In this document: piece after piece, positions 1-10,993 of the stretch
How the letters are laid out: each line of letters opens with the position of its first letter
Position numbering within the stretch: position 1 is the first letter of the stretch
Assembly (NCBI RefSeq): GCF_048593235.1
Contig: NC_133619.1
Location: forward strand, 164,376,454-164,440,453
DNA length: 64,000 nt
DNA from: Sminthopsis crassicaudata
Taxonomy: Eukaryota
Direction of reading: 5' to 3'
Program-made: the position numbers and the translations under genes
Notes under the pieces: model-generated
What the model was told of the DNA's origin: nothing
Databases searched by the model: none
Seen by the model: the letters and a program-made list of their open reading frames with translations, nothing else

Positions 1-1075
1 TCTCTTGCATAGCTTCTCTTTCCTTTCCCTGTTTTTCTTCTAGATCCCTTTTAAGATTTTTAATAGTCTCTTCTAGGAGAGCCTTTTGTGTTGGGTACCA
101 ACAATTGTCTGGTGACTGTTTTCTATTAGTCTCCTTTGGGTTGTAAACCTGCTCTCTTTCTATATAGAAGCTATCCTTTTAATTTTTTTACTCATTTTTT
201 AAAGCCTGTATGGTCTGCTTTCAGGGCCTGGGAGGTGTATGGCCGGCCTGTCAACCAGTTACAAGGAGTGGCCAGGTATGGGAGTGCTCTGGGAAATAGT
301 TCCCCAATGGAAATGTCTCAGGTCTGCACAGCCTGGTAGGTGGGGGATTGCCCTGCTAAGAATGCCACTGTGTGGGTTAAGACTGTCTTGAGGCAAGAGT
401 GCAAGCAGTGAAAGTGTCACTATCCCAATCTGAAGCTGCTGTGGGGCTGTGGGTATTTACAGCTGACCAACTGAATAGCCCTGCTGGGACTTGAAGTTTC
501 TCTGGTGCAGAAGCACAGTCTTACTGTGGAGGTTCTGTTGCCCAGGCTGAGCACCACACTGTGCAGATTAGAGGCTGTCCCAGGCTGCACCCCCCTGCAG
601 TGTAGATTTGCTGCTACCCTGACAGTGGGTCAGCATGTGGCTGCACAGTTGCACTGGTCTATGGTGAGTCACTTCCAAACTGGGGGGGGGGGCCTACTGT
701 TCTGTCGTTTTTTAAGAGTACCCTGTACCTCCGGCTCCAACCTACATCTGTGCTGGTCCCCTGCTTTACAATCAAGGTAAAGCAGTCAGCCTATGGCAGG
801 GGCATTTCCACTGTTCTTCTAGTCACAGAGGCTACCCTAGTCCCTGGTCCTCTCAGGATGCCAAACTTTCCTATTTCCCTGTCTGCCCCTCAGACAAACC
901 TGTTCTGGTGGTCTTCCAGATTATCTTCAGCTGGTAAGTATTTGCACCTTTAATTTTCATGAACTTCACCAGTCAAGCACTATTTTTGAGGCTATATTCA
1001 AAGATTGGTAGTAAGGGCAAAAGAGAGGAGCAGAAAGAGAGTGTGCCTTCTCCACTATATTCTTGGCTCTGCCTC
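1..1075 (-). mobile_element. L1 LINE 5' UTR plus start of ORF1 (runs off the left edge of the window)
   Basis: Reads as an antisense marsupial L1 5' region; ends in 'ttcttggctctgcctcc', resembling the antisense L1 5' terminus 'catcttggctccgccc'. Confidence 0.7.
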
Positions 1076-1379
1076 CTCACTATATTCTTGTTACAAAACC
1101 ATGGAAACATTTCATTTCCCCCCCCCCCTTTTGTTAGATTTCTGAAAAGGTCAAAGGAACATAAGTTTTATAGTTGAAATAGAGCCTAATCTAATCCCTT
1201 CTTTTCACAAAGAAAATGGAAACTAAGTAGCTTGCTCAGAGTTGCATAAGTGACTTTTCTCCAAATTTTCATTTATGTTGCTTTGATTACTGGTTGCAAT
1301 GATGATTATGATGTCATAACATGCTAGTTTCCTTTTTTTGATATCATGTTAAGACATATTATTTAGGTGAAGATCATCT

Positions 1380-1592
1380 CAGAGGTACAATAGAGTGCTA
1401 GGTTTGTAGTAAGACATGTTTAAATCTAGGCTAAGACACTTAATAGGTAGGTGCTGCTGGGCAAAGCACTGAACCCTGTTGCCTGAGCTTCCTTAACCAT
1501 AGACTGAACAGAAGAAGGAAATGGCAAACTACTTTAGGAATTTTGCTAAGAAAACTCCAAATGGGGTCACCTGAAGTCTAAAAGACTGGAAG
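1380..1592 (+). mobile_element. CORE-SINE (Mar1/MIR-like) with RTE-type tail, interrupted by an LTR
   Basis: 'gaaggaaatggcaaactact...gctaagaaaactccaaatggggtcac' matches the RTE/BovB-type SINE tail; boundaries approximate. Confidence 0.55.
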
Positions 1593-2233
1593 TGATGTGG
1601 TTAAGATTCCTTTCTGATTCCCAACCCCCATGAATTCCAAGGGTCCATATGTGGGCTCTCCCAGCCCCCATTGGATCTGAGCCAACTTGGGCTGTCCCAG
1701 CCCCCATTCTAATTACCTGCTCAGGATTCCCAATTCTCACCCCAAGCACAAACAGTCCCTTATCTAAAAAACCCATTGAATTCTATTCAAATTCTAACCT
1801 TGGCTGAACCCCAAGTCAGAGGCCAATCTGGGACTCCACCCAGGAGCCCCTTCAATTTACCAAAAGTCCCCCATTATAAAAGGGGCAGAATTGGAGTTCA
1901 CTCTTGGCAGAAGACCCAAACATGGCATCCTTATGCCGGCATGTCAAGGGTTTCTGCCCACCGGTGCCAGCCCTGGCCCTGGAGCCTTTCTACCTTTCAA
2001 CCTTACTTCCAGACCCCACAATGAACCTCTTTTATCAATCTAGGTTTTCATGTCTATAAATTCCTTTACAGAGGATTCTTGGCCGCTACTAGACCTCATT
2101 TAACTCTATATCCTTGAGCTGAATCCAAAGGGGTTGCAGAGGAGCTCTATTTGATTCCCTGTACCCCAGAGCTACCACTAGACCTCTATGAAAACCTAAT
2201 TTCATTTAGATACTCCTTACCTAATTCTCATCA
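1593..2233 (+). mobile_element. Solo LTR (ERV-type)
   Basis: Starts TG and ends approximately at TCA; TATAAAA at 1875; shares several blocks with the LTR at 3592 (ttaagattcc, ggatctgagc, ttttatcaatc..ggttttca..taaattc.tttacag). Confidence 0.6.
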
Positions 2234-2284
2234 TAAGGACCAAACAGCTGAAGTTATTAATGTGATATGTGTGCATGTATGTCT

Positions 2285-2345
2285 GTGTGTGGGTGTGGGT
2301 GTGGGTATTGTGTGTGTGTGTGTGTGTGTGTGTTGTGTGTGTGTA
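2285..2345. repeat. (GT)n microsatellite followed by a GA-rich tract
   Basis: Visible directly in the sequence. Confidence 0.9.
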
Positions 2346-3079
2346 TGAAAGCAAGAGAGAAGAGCCAGGAGAGAGAAAAAAGAGAGAAAGGAGAGAAGAG
2401 GAGAGAGAGAAAAATTTTTTTTTCCATTATCAAGATGAGCAAAACCTTAAAAGTATTACAGAGTAAAAGTATGCTTTTTTCTCCCATTATTAGATATGAC
2501 TCTAAAAAGAGTGTAAGTAATTTTTAAAATTTTGAATTCTACTTTCACTTCAATTAGCAGTAACAGTTTGGAGCTGCTTATTTAATTTGTGAGCTTTAAT
2601 TGCCATTGAATCTTAACTACATCCCATAAATTTGCATATTCTTGGCCACCCTATGAACTAGGAAACAAACCCTTAAATGGATTAGGGGTGGAAGGAAAGG
2701 AAATTCTTTCTAAAAAGTCTCCAGGCAGGCCTTTTGGTGATTATGAATCCTTTGGTAATGCAAAAGAATTCTTTCAATTCCAAGATCCAAAGACACTTTC
2801 TCTACTTGCTCTTAGCCTCAACTTCACTAGGAGAGATGAGGTTGATCTGGTTCAGGGGAGGACTTCAGGGATAACTGAGTACAACCCTTTTGCTTTATAG
2901 ACTAAGAAATGGAGTTTAAGGAAATTAAGGTCTAGAGGTAGTGTCAGAGATTAGAGTTGAAGCTAGTTTCTCAGACTCCATTACTGTAATGTTTTTTCCC
3001 CTCTTCCACACTGTCCTCCTCCCTTGCCATAAATCTTGAAGTTTCTTAAGTCCTCAGAAGCCATCTGTGAACCCCCTAT

Positions 3080-3478
3080 CCAGTACTGGTAGAATACTGT
3101 AGTAGACCACTATGCTACAGCATACCAGTATACTACAGTATATATACTTTGGATAAACCAGTATATTGCAACATATCAGTATACTGTAGTATACAATTGA
3201 TATAGTAAAAAACTGGTGTAGTATAGTAGTTTATTGTAGTGTGGCAGTAAACTATAATATATTACTATAGTACACCAATACACTATAATATACTATTAAA
3301 TCATGCCAATGTACTCTAATATACTAGACAATACATGTAATAAATATGTACATACATATATGATATAGATAGTATATAATCTGCATATAGATTACATTAT
3401 CGACTACATAATATCCTATATGTAAGATAGGACACCAATAGTGTGCTTTATTACTGGTGTACTATGGTATACTTCTAA
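3080..3478. repeat. Degenerate TA/TAC/TAG-rich low-complexity tract with many short palindromes
   Basis: Recurrent tagta/tacta/gtatac motifs; perfect palindromes ccagtactgg and cagtatactg. Confidence 0.6.
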
Positions 3479-3479
3479 T

Positions 3480-3591
3480 GCTAGATTTGTCATCTGTAAA
3501 ATGAGTTGGAGAAGGAAATGGAAAACCACTCCAGTACCTTTGTCAAGAAAATGCTAAATGGGATCATGAAGAGTCAGACATGACTTGAAAT
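3480..3591 (+). mobile_element. CORE-SINE 3' part with RTE-type tail; the tail resumes after the LTR at ~4075
   Basis: 'tcatctgtaaaatgag ttggagaaggaaatggaaaaccactccagta...gagtcagacatgact' and then 'aaatgactgaacaa' after the LTR. Confidence 0.65.
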
Positions 3592-4071
3592 TGATGGGGG
3601 TTGAGGTCCCTTTAAGATTCCTCTCTGACTGCCCAACCCCCATGGCTGACCTTGATTCACAAATCCTGGTCAAAAGCACCCTTTTGAATATCCAGGCCTA
3701 ACCCCACCATCTGCTCAGCTTCCCCTAGCTCCCACTGGATCTGAGCTAACTGAAAAGCCTGCCAAGGACTTGGGGGTACCACCCACAATCTTTTAGGTAT
3801 CAAATAGCCAGGCAGAGGTTTCTCTTGACAGGAGCCCTCCCCTCCAACACATGGTATCATTCTGACCATGTAAGGGTTCCTGCCCGCCCAGTGGCCACCT
3901 CTGGCCCTGGCATCTTTCTAACTGAACTTTACTTCCAAATTCCTACAATAAACCTTTTTTATCAATCAGGTTTTCAGGCCTGTAAATTCATTTACAGGGG
4001 ACACTGGGCCTCATGGGATTATCTGACTATCTATGCACCCACAAACGGGGTTCCCCCTTTCTTTTCCCTCA
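3592..4071 (+). mobile_element. Solo LTR related to the one at 1593
   Basis: TG start, AATAAA in 'acaataaacc', blocks shared with 1593-2233; splits a SINE tail. Confidence 0.6.
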
Positions 4072-4261
4072 TTAAAATGACTGAACAATAAAATAGTAAA
4101 TAAAGCATATAAACATTGTAAGTACATACCCATTTGTGGCAAAGGGATTGGCGTTATTCTGAGCACCCAGAATCTGGGGCTTGCTTCTTGCTCTGTTCTT
4201 CAGCAGTATGAATTTAGAATTAAGAGTGCTAACTTTTCAGGAGGACTACAAATCTGAGAGC

Positions 4262-5738
4262 CTTTTATTTAAACCAAGAAAAATCTGGCTACATTGTTAA
4301 TCCTTCTTACCATAAAAAGGAGAAGTCATGTTTTTTTTTTCCTTTGGTGGCTGATCTTCCAGCACCTAATTTGGAAGAGGAGACTGTTGGAAGAATGGGA
4401 GAAAAAAATCTAAGAAAAATTAAAGAGAAGGAAAAAACCTTCCAAGTACAAAAGGAGGAAGAACAAAATTTGGAATGCTAAATTGCAGTAGGAATATCTA
4501 AACAACCAAGCAGATAATGAAGCAAAGAAATGAATAAAGAAAAGGGAGAAAACTTCTCTTGGTTGAAGGTCTAGGCACATGGGTAGGGAAAGTCTATTGC
4601 TCTGAGTGAGAGAGATCTACTGGAGGATCATAGCAGACTCAAAGCTTTTGCAAGAAATAAGAAAATATAAGAGAGGTACAGGTAGAAAGGTGTTGTGAAG
4701 AATTGCAATAAATTAGTCCTCAATTGAGTAGGAAAATGAAGCAAGACATTTTGCCAAACATACTTTCATTTGGTCATGCTCTTTTTCTACCCTTCTCTTG
4801 TAGAACTTTTTGTGCCTCTTCTCAGAGCTATCCCATTATGGAACACAAGCTAGAACATGAGTATACTATCACCATATGTCTAGGTTAAAGTCCCATTTTT
4901 CAAGCCAATTAAACTCAAGTTGCAATGTTTTGAAAATCTGAAGAGCAAAATTACTGTGGTCTTAAGTGCATAGGTGTGAACAGCATTGTGTATCTGTAAT
5001 TTCATTGGAGTATTTTTAAAAGGGGAGCCATGGTGACAACACAGCCCCAGTGAAGAGAGTTGCAGCACTTTGCAAAGTGGGAGTCCTCACCTTCTGAGCA
5101 GTAAATAAAAGAACCTTCATGGGGCAAAAAATAAAAAAAAAAAAATAATAATAGGAACTCCCTTTGTGGCAAGAAGCAAAAGGAGAAAGCAATCTTTTTT
5201 CTCAGTTGAATATCTAAAAAGAAAGGAATCAGAAACAAGGTCCTTCCAAAACATCTTTTATAAATATAAAGATATCTTAATCTGATGATTGAATCATAAT
5301 TATGAAATGAGACAAAAAGGGGAAAATAAGGGGGAGAGATAGCAAAGGTTGATACTTGTTTTTTTCATGGGAGCCGTGGCTGGGAAGCAATTTTTGAAAA
5401 AAATATTTTGTTTGGGGTGAGGGCGGGTTGAGGGTGGGGGGTGTGGATAGGGGGTCTTTCCTTGCCATGTTTCTATATCAGCACATCAGAAAGATGATGT
5501 CTTGAGGTTTGGAAATGAGAACATTACTACTAAGTGAAGTGACCCAATAAGGAGATCTTTCTAAGTACTAAGAGGGAGGGAAGCAGTTTTCTTCTCAAGA
5601 GATGCTGACTCTGAAGGGTGGGATTAAAAGGAAGGTGAGAACTCAGCCCTAAATCAAAGAGTAGAAGTCCTCTCAAAAGGCAAGAGTTCTCACCTTTTTA
5701 AGGGTGGAGTTAAGAGAAGGGCTAAGCAGGGATAGACA
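4262..5738 (+). repeat. Paralogous copy of the TRIM-array intergenic spacer (3' flank plus distal promoter) with no CDS upstream of it
   Basis: Collinear with 15115-16605, starting from 'ttatttaaaccaagaaa'. Confidence 0.85.
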
Positions 5739-5746
5739 TATAAAAG
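5739..5746 (+). promoter_or_regulatory. TATA-like box (TATAAAAG) of the diverged TRIM copy
   Basis: Motif is conserved at the homologous position in all seven units, ~335-340 nt upstream of the ATG. Confidence 0.55.
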
Positions 5747-5861
5747 GAATCACACAGCTCAGTGCCAAGATCTTTTGCTGTCAGAGCACAAGGGCTGGAG
5801 CTACCTCTCTCTCTACCTGAAAAGGAAGGAACCAGAAGCTTAGGAAACTACAAGCAAGAGT

Positions 5862-6079
5862 TTCATTGAAAGCCTCCAGCTAGGTCTCACTTGCTTTCAT
5901 CTGCCTGAACTACTTCACTGACTGGGTGACTGAGAGTGCAGAGAGTGTCTTCTCCAGGGCAGTGAAGGAGTCACTGAAACCCCAATCTTTACAGAGTACA
6001 GGGGTGTCATTCATCAGACAGGTTGACTTGCTGCTGCGCAGGAATCTGCAGACTCAGTGTTGAGTGTTGATTGGCCAAG
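5862..6079 (+). pseudogene. Decayed RING-domain coding remnant in the 5' leader
   Basis: Translates across frameshifts as FIESLQLGLTC-F/-ICLNYFTDWVT...FTEYRGVIHQ...DLLLRRNLQ, matching the TRIM N-terminus and RING pattern (L-EELTCxICLDYF.DPVT...CPECR). Confidence 0.75.
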
Positions 6080-7249
6080 ATGCTCCAACCTCACCTGCTG
6101 CAGAAAGAGCTTGGCCTCAGCACCTGTGATCAACATGGAGAACGAGTGATGTTCTTCTGTGAGGAAGACCAGAGAGCCCTCTGTGATTCCTGCTTATCAG
6201 CCCCAGAGCACAAGGACCACCAAGTCCTTCCCTTGGAGACAGCAGCTGACAAGTGCAAGAACACGCTTCTGGAGATGTGGAGGATCTTACACACCAAAGA
6301 AGAGAAATTTCAAACTGCACTGGACACAATAAGAAGAAGAGAAGTACAATTCACAGAGAATACCTACACTTTGAAAGAATCAGCTATTTCTGAATATGAA
6401 AAAATTCACCAGTTTTTATGGGATGAAGAATGTCAACGCCTGGAAAGACTGGAGGAGCGATCCAGAGGTAATGTGGTCTACCTGGAGGAGAAGGAGCACG
6501 GGCTGTCCCAACAAATCCAACATCTACAAGAAATGCTGTTCCAAGTAGAAGAGAATTTGGACAAGATGCCTTTGGCAATGATACAGGATATGCCAGGCAC
6601 TTTCAAAAACAAGGAAGAGCTCCTACTTAACAAACCTGAGCTTTCTTACATTTCCTGGCCTACCTGCCCTGTCACAGGCATGAGAGAAATGCTCATGAGT
6701 TTCCACAGGGATATAACTTTTGATCCTCAATCAGCCCATCCTCATCTCATCCTGTCTCAAGATTTGAAGAGGGTCCAGTATGCAAGCACTTTTCAGGACC
6801 TGCCTGACAACAGAGGGAGATTTGACTCTTCTCATGTGGTTTTGGGAACCCAGAAATTCACCTCAGGAAAACACTATTGGGAAGTGGAGGTGGGAGATAA
6901 GACAGAGTGGGAATTGGGCATCTGTAAAGATTCAGTCAAGAGAACGGGGCTGATCTCCCCCTCATCTGAGGATATAAATACCCTCGTGGGCTTCATATCT
7001 GGAAATGAATTCTTCCTCTGGAATTCAGAAAAAGGCTGTCAATGCAGCTTACCTTTGCAAAAATTGGGCATTTTTCTGGATTGTGAAATGAGCTATATAG
7101 CATTTTATGATGTCATTGACAGATCCCTTATCTACAGTAACTCAGACATAGATTGTGAAGGACCTCTTTGCCCTTATTTCTCTCCTTGCCTTCACTATGA
7201 CGAAAGTACCACTGGTTCACTCATCATTTGCCCCAAGAGTCCACAGTAG
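6080..7249 (+). CDS. TRIML1-like: Intronless RING-less TRIML1-like protein, diverged copy (389 aa): intact B-box2, coiled coil, PRY-SPRY/B30.2
   Basis: B-box2 CDQH..C..D..C..C..H..H; PRY 'DITFDPQSAHPHLILSQDLK'; SPRY 'FTSGKHYWEVEVGDKTEWELGICKDSV' and 'FSPCL...SLIIC', resembling recalled TRIML1. The ORF track starts at TTG 6071; the first ATG is 6080 (A at -3). Confidence 0.85.
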   Translation: MLQPHLLQKELGLSTCDQHGERVMFFCEEDQRALCDSCLSAPEHKDHQVLPLETAADKCKNTLLEMWRILHTKEEKFQTALDTIRRREVQFTENTYTLKESAISEYEKIHQFLWDEECQRLERLEERSRGNVVYLEEKEHGLSQQIQHLQEMLFQVEENLDKMPLAMIQDMPGTFKNKEELLLNKPELSYISWPTCPVTGMREMLMSFHRDITFDPQSAHPHLILSQDLKRVQYASTFQDLPDNRGRFDSSHVVLGTQKFTSGKHYWEVEVGDKTEWELGICKDSVKRTGLISPSSEDINTLVGFISGNEFFLWNSEKGCQCSLPLQKLGIFLDCEMSYIAFYDVIDRSLIYSNSDIDCEGPLCPYFSPCLHYDESTTGSLIICPKSPQ

Positions 7250-7355
7250 AGGGCTGTCCCAGATGCTAATTGCTATGGATGATCCTCTCTGACAAATGAG
7301 TAAATATGATACTGACAGTGACATTCTATTTCTTTGAATTCCTGTTTAAATGGTC

Positions 7356-7361
7356 AATAAA
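7356..7361 (+). terminator. Polyadenylation signal AATAAA of the diverged copy
   Basis: ~106 nt after the stop; same position in all seven units. Confidence 0.6.
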
Positions 7362-7855
7362 GTGATGTGTCATTTGTAAAACCAAATGAAATAAAATCTG
7401 CCTTCTTTTACTTCTACTGAAAAAAAAACACAGGTTATTTGTTTTTCCTCGTTGGCTAATCTTGTAGCACCTCAAGTAGAAGGAAAAGCAGAGAGAAAAA
7501 GAGGAGGAAAGGAATGGAAAAAAGGAAAATAGGAATCAAAAATTTCCAAATATTTTAGGAGGAAGATCAAAATCTCAAATGTTAAATTATCTTATGTAAG
7601 AAAAACAAATAAGCAACTCAGCTAAAAACAAAAAGCAGTCAAAAAAATGAATGAATGAATGAATAAGGAAAAGGGTGACATTTTCTCTTGTCCTAGGGAA
7701 GTGGGAATGGAAAGACTATTGTTCTGAGTGAGAAACAAGTTCAGCTTGAGGAACATAGGAACTCCAGGATCTTCAATTGAAGAAGGTGATATGACACTAC
7801 AGACATAAAGGTCTTGTGAATGATTGCAATACATTAGTCTTCAGTATAATATATA

Positions 7856-8119
7856 GGTTGATCCTGCCAGTAGCATATGCTTGTCTCAAAGATTAAGCCA
7901 TGCATGTCTAAGTACATAAAGTTGTACAGTGAAACTGCCAGTGGCTCATTAAATCAGTTATGGTTCCTTTGGTCTCTCGCTCCCTACTACTTGGATAACT
8001 GTGATAATTCTAGAGCCCAATGAGCACTACATTTCAATGAGCACTGATCCTGCCCCCTTTACTCCCGGGGGTGGGGGCCCCCGAGGATGCATGCATTTAT
8101 CAGACCAAAACCAACCTGG
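7856..8119 (+). pseudogene. 18S rRNA pseudogene fragment (5' ~250 nt)
   Basis: 'ggttgatcctgccagtagcatatgcttgtctcaaagattaagccatgcatgtctaagtac...gtgaaactg...ggctcattaaatcagttatggttcctttggtc...ttggataactgtg.taattctagagc...gcatttatcaga.caaaaccaacc' is the eukaryotic SSU 5' end, with CpG decay and indels. Confidence 0.92.
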
Positions 8120-8207
8120 CAGCAGTAAACTATAATATATTACTATAGTATACCAATGCACTTTAGTATACTATTAAACAATGCCAATGTACCCTGGATA
8201 TCTTAGA

Positions 8208-8480
8208 ATCAGCTGGAGTCAGGATAAGCAAAAGTTTTTATTCTTTGTGTTTTGGAATTGCTGTCAGGGGATTAGATATAGGAATCTCCACATCTCCTTT
8301 CTCTCTCTCTCCACCACCAAAGAATGATCCTGCTTGTCCTACTCCACCCTCTGATCTCTCTTCCCCTTCTTTGTCCACATCCAGAGATCCAGCCAGCAAA
8401 GAATTGAGTAAGGTCATCCTCCAAGCATATGTTAATAGAGAATTGTCCAAATGGTAATTAGCCTTAAGTGCTAGTTTACC
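8208..8480 (-). mobile_element. LTR-like fragment
   Basis: 'ggagtcaggataagcaaaagtttttattc' (antisense AATAAA) followed by a pyrimidine-rich U3-like stretch resembling marsupial ERV LTRs; recognition only. Confidence 0.35.
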
Positions 8481-10140
8481 TTTCCTTTAGTGCATCTGCT
8501 CAATTCTAGCCCTTTACAGTTTATGATCATAACAAACAACAAATTTGACTATTTTAATGTCCAAAGAAAATAAAAGGGGATTATATATATGAACCAGTGA
8601 ACTTCTATTAGATATAGTTTTAAAGTATGTATTAAATTATACACTAAAACTTCTCCTCTAGTTTCCCTTCAAAGCTTCCCTCTGCCTATCTGTATATTTT
8701 CACTGATGTTCCTTTCTTGCTTTTTTTCCATCACTATCACTATCAGTTCTCCTAATAATTTTCTCTGGAGACAAATAAGCTTAACAAGACAAACAAACAA
8801 ACAACAACAAAAAAATGCCTTGGGCAAATCTCCAAATAAATGTTTCATTCTGTACCTTTCTTTATCATTTGTGGGTTTCTTTCTTGTCTATTAAAAAGTG
8901 GCCCAGAAGGAGGATTGAGTGTACTTCTAATGTTCTATTGCCAAGTTCCAATCTTTTTTTGCCATTATTACTTAACAACTTCTCTTCCTTTGAACTTAAT
9001 GACATACATTTCTATCATCTCAGTTTAGACTCTTGTTATGTATTATGTATTATATATTGACTTTTGGGTTAGCTTTTCCTTTCTCAAGTTCACCATCTGG
9101 TTGACGGTCTCCTTTTTCAACAATTCAACCTCTTTCCTACTAACATGGAAACTTCAAAAAATATATCACTGCCCCTCAAACATCCTGTCTTCTCAGTCTT
9201 TCAATCTATATAACTCTTATGATATTATAGCTTTAGTCATCTGCTGGAATGATCATCTGTGACGTTTGTCCTATTCTCTGTGATGATGCACCAGTCTGGT
9301 TGTGAACTCTTAAATTCCTTTCTCATCAATCGCTTGTCCTGCATTTTCTGCTTCTTACTACTCCTAAAGCTATGTATTTTGTCCTCATCACAACCTCCAT
9401 TTCTTCTATCCCTCCCAATCATTGCTGCTCAGGTCTCAATATTTTCCCTTCAAAAATGATCCTCTAGTGATGCATTTCTGTTCTATACCATCATCCTTTA
9501 CATTCCTGCTTTCTTGGATTAAAAGTAACTTGGACTAAGTAACAACATTCTGCCTCTACTTCAGAACCCTTCACATTATTCCTAGGGAAATCTATAGGTG
9601 TGTCTATCATTCACATGTTTCTCTCTCCTTTTCCCTTTCCCCTCCCCACCACTCTGCTCCTTTCTTTCCAGCAGCACATATCCAACATTAAACACATAGT
9701 AACACTTAGTGACACAGTTGTAGGGGCAAATGGAAACAAACCTTTCTGAAGGAATATACAAAGCAGGGGAAGTTTGATTGAATCAATGTTTTATTAGGTG
9801 ATTCAGATATCACATTGGTATTCCAAAAAATCCGATTTTATAGTACTTTTGTCTTCCTTCCTCTAAGCAATTAATATCAATGCTTATATGTCACATCAAG
9901 GGATTGCTTGAAAATATTTTATTAGGTATTATCACGAACTGGGCATATTCTTGTTTATTAAATCTCATTTAATTCTTTATGGGAAAATGCCAAGAAATTT
10001 AGCTCCCAAGATTAGCTCATGTAACAAAACTATTTACATTTTAGATTCATAATGATGAGAAGTTATTCCTTTTTGATATAATACAAAGTATTTTCTATTA
10101 TAGTGCAACAATTTAACCTTATTAAGTTTCTCATGATTTC

Positions 10141-10955
10141 CTTTTATTTCCCTTTTCATGCCACATTGGAGTCTTGTATTTGAAAGTTCAGTTCTCTATT
10201 AAGCTCTGGTCTGTTCATTAAGAATGCTTGAAAAGTCTTTATTTCATTGAATGCCCATTTCTTCCTGAATAGCCCAATTTTGCTGGGTAGATGATTCTTG
10301 GTTGCAACCCTAAATCTTTTGCCCTTTAATATTTTATATTCCAAGGCCTCTAATCCTTTAATGTCGAAACTTTTTGACCTAAGAATTCTGAAATTTGATT
10401 ATAATATTCTCCCCTACTCCCAGGAGGGGGGAGGGGACAGTGGGAGAGGGCTGTAGGTGTGGGGAGAGAGTAGGGTCCATTTTGGGATCCCTTTCTGGAG
10501 GTGATTAGTGAATTCTGTCAATTTCTATTTACCCTCTAGCTCCAGAATATCAGGGCAGTTTTCCTTGAATTTCTTGAAAGATCATCTTGAGGCTCTTTTT
10601 TTCATCATAGCTTTCAGTAGTCCGATAACATTTACATGAAATCTTCTGGATCTATTTTGCAGCGCAGCTCTGCTTTAAAGGAGAAATTTCACATTATCTT
10701 CTTTTTTCCCAATGTTTTGTTTTTGTTTTGTTTTTCCTTGATTTCTCCTAAAGTCATTAATTTCCATTTACTCAATTCTAATTTGTAAGAAATTATTTTC
10801 TTCAGTGAGTTTTTATATTCCCTTTTCCATTTGTCAAATTCAACTTTTAAAGGAATTATTTGTTTTAAGCAATTTTTTCCCTTAATAGCCAATTTTGTTT
10901 TTTAAGGCATTCTCTTCTCCTCACTGGCTTTTTGTATTTTTTTTTCCTTTTCCTT

Positions 10956-10993
<38 letters not shown>

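Noticed and set aside
6071-6079. ORF-track start at TTG giving a 392-aa protein
   Set aside because: Non-ATG start; all paralogs begin at the homologous ATG (6080), which has a good Kozak context.
7856-8119. Functional 18S rRNA gene
   Set aside because: Only ~250 nt, CpG-decayed, with indels and no ITS/28S context.
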